Source of the DNA: Eledone cirrhosa
Taxonomy: Eukaryota
Direction of reading: 5' to 3'
DNA: 64,000 bases
Assembly: GCA_964016885.1 (NCBI GenBank)
Contig: OZ024743.1
Span: 265,546,001 to 265,610,000, forward strand
A program made the translations under genes and the position numbers. Positions 61,758-64,000 of the stretch are shown piece after piece. Below the pieces are notes generated by a model, which was given only the letters and a program-made list of their open reading frames with translations, did not search any database and had not been told where the DNA came from. Position 1 is the first letter of the stretch. Each line of letters begins with the position of its first letter.

Positions 61758-63096
61758 TATATGTAAGCAAAAGGGGCAACAGAAATAACAAACAGTCGAC
61801 ACAGTATTTAACGTTTGTTATAGTAGGGCAAGAGTCTTACGTTCCCTCGGGCACTAGTAGTTAATCAGAAGATAGAATGAGATATAAAATAGATAGATAA
61901 AGAGAAGTGGATAGAAAAGAAAAGGAATTCAGTCTGCCATTTTGATTGCTTGTATTCTTAGTTTGTTTATTCTAATTTTGTTTTCCTTTCTCTTTTAATT
62001 GTTTTAGATACTACTACCGAATGTTTAGAAACGAAAAACTTAACAGCGACTACGAGTTCTTGGCAACTCATTCAGTCTCCCGGATACTTCAGTAAATATG
62101 CTAAGTAAGTTGTAAACCTTATTTCCTTCCACATTATGGACCACATTCTACCTATTTCCGATTTTTTTCTTATCTTTCGAAGCTACGATGAGCACAATCT
62201 CAACACTGATATTCGTTTTTACATAATCTTATTGATATTTAAATATCTTATTTAACACAAATGACCATCGTTATATTTGATAATATGATATGACCTATGT
62301 AGATATAGCTCCTCCTATTCTTTTCTCTTATTTTCATCCTCTTTATTAGATTAAACATGGCAGTTCTTTGTTCATAGCTAATTTTATGATTTTTTCTATT
62401 TATTTTTATTTTATCGCTAAGGATGTACAATCGGGTTGTTGATTATAGGTTTCCAATAGATAAATCACTAGTTAAGTGCAGTGTGATCGTAAATTACATT
62501 ATTTTCATTGTCGTTGTTTATAACATTTGTTTTTAAATATCGGTAGAAGATATAGCCCAAATGGAGCAGGCTTATGTTTAATGCCACCATGTCTGCTACA
62601 ATGCCATCACTACTGTATTTATGTGAGTACATTATTTAAAGATGCCATGCTTTGTGAAAAATCGTACGATATGGTCTGGGGTAATTTCGTGGTTATTTCT
62701 TTTATTTAAATTGTATTAGAATATGGTTTTAAAATTTAAACAAAAGCGTTCATTTGTCCTACTGCTTCTCTGGCAACTTCGACTAACTAGGTTAGGTTGA
62801 CCTCAATATAAAAAGAAAAACGTACACAATAATCTATTTGTATTTCATTATAGATAATTTAGAATTTACAAAACCTAACTTTTACCATTGTCATCTATGG
62901 ATATCATACCTTAAGACGGCGTCATATTCTATATAGGCACACGTTCACATCAAGGATTTGTAAGAAACAGACTTGTCATGAAGGCATCATTACATATTCT
63001 CGATTGTCTTACTACAGATTATACCATCCAGTTTTCAGTATTGTTTTACTTGGAGGAAACTTCAATAGATACAATACTCACACACCCATAACGACT

Positions 63097-63137
<41 letters not shown>

Positions 63138-63324
63138 TCACACACACACACACACGTATATATATATATATATATATATATACATCGTGTTTTCTTTTAG
63201 CCCTTTCATGATATTTTCGAATGCGGTTTAACTTTTAGAGTATGATTCATCCTTCCATGTATAACATGGGGTAAAGTAGCACCGCTTCATTATATCTTCT
63301 TGCCTCGAGATCGCAGGTTCATGA

Positions 63325-63470
63325 AGCTAATTCTTAACCCGGTTCCCGTGACGTGAGGTGCTGAAAGTATAAACTCCCTTCCCTGACAGAACGTCAGTCC
63401 AACGCAGGGTTAAACTCCCAGCAATTGCTAGTACGCATGTGCAACTGAAGAAACTGGAGCAAGCTGAAAT
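63325..63470 (-). mobile_element. SINE body resembling the V-domain type (family 2-related)
   Basis: Minus strand TTGCTCCAGTTTCTTCAG...AACCCTGCGTTGGACTGACGTTCTGTCAGGG...CACGGGAACCGGG. Confidence 0.6.
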
Positions 63471-63647
63471 TATACATACACACTCACACTTACATACACA
63501 CACACAATCACCCACACACATATAGATGTGAAACCAAATTTGCTATTTTTCTCCTGCATAATTGGGCATTTGAATAACACATTCAGCTTTTGATTGTCTT
63601 GCCATCCCATAATAATGTAGATCGCTTTATTTATTAATCTGTGTATG

Positions 63648-63707
<60 letters not shown>

Positions 63708-64000
63708 ATAAGTCAAAATGAATTTAATCTAAATCAAAATTATGGGTGTCATGCCAGAAAGGCATGCGCCATATTACCCGTAAAATAAGCTCCAAGATTC
63801 TAATGAATAGGTCCGAGCATTTTATAACAACTAGAAATTGATTAACATATAAATAAACATATGAAACAATCACAGGGGATAATGTTTACAAGTGTGTAAA
63901 CACACATAGCTAGGTACGTAACTAAATAAAGTTAACGAGAACTTCAAAAATAGATACCTTATAATATGAATAATTTTCCCTGTATATATTCCATTAAATA

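Overview
AT-rich, repeat-dominated eukaryotic (animal) genomic DNA with no recognisable host protein-coding exon, rRNA, tRNA gene or CRISPR array. The SINE families and the extreme (TA)n/(CA)n/(GA)n content suggest a coleoid cephalopod such as Octopus (inference). Nearly all ORFs in the supplied track are microsatellite read-throughs. Real coding remnants are all transposon-derived: two Penelope-like (PLE) RT regions, two further PLE GIY-YIG fragments, an R4/Dong-type RLE LINE, a CR1/L2-group LINE 3' end, several RTE LINE fragments and a Helitron helicase fragment, plus about nine tRNA-derived SINEs. The most interesting signal is a recurring class of short non-coding inserts sitting in (TA)n tracts. 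They carry minimal type I hammerhead ribozyme motifs, recur as several families, and repeatedly show fold-back (inverted) architecture with shared breakpoints and a one-sided 70-80 nt tail. A PLE with a twin-priming-like 5' inversion and several near-perfect palindromes are also present. All alignments and folds were done by eye, so boundaries are approximate.
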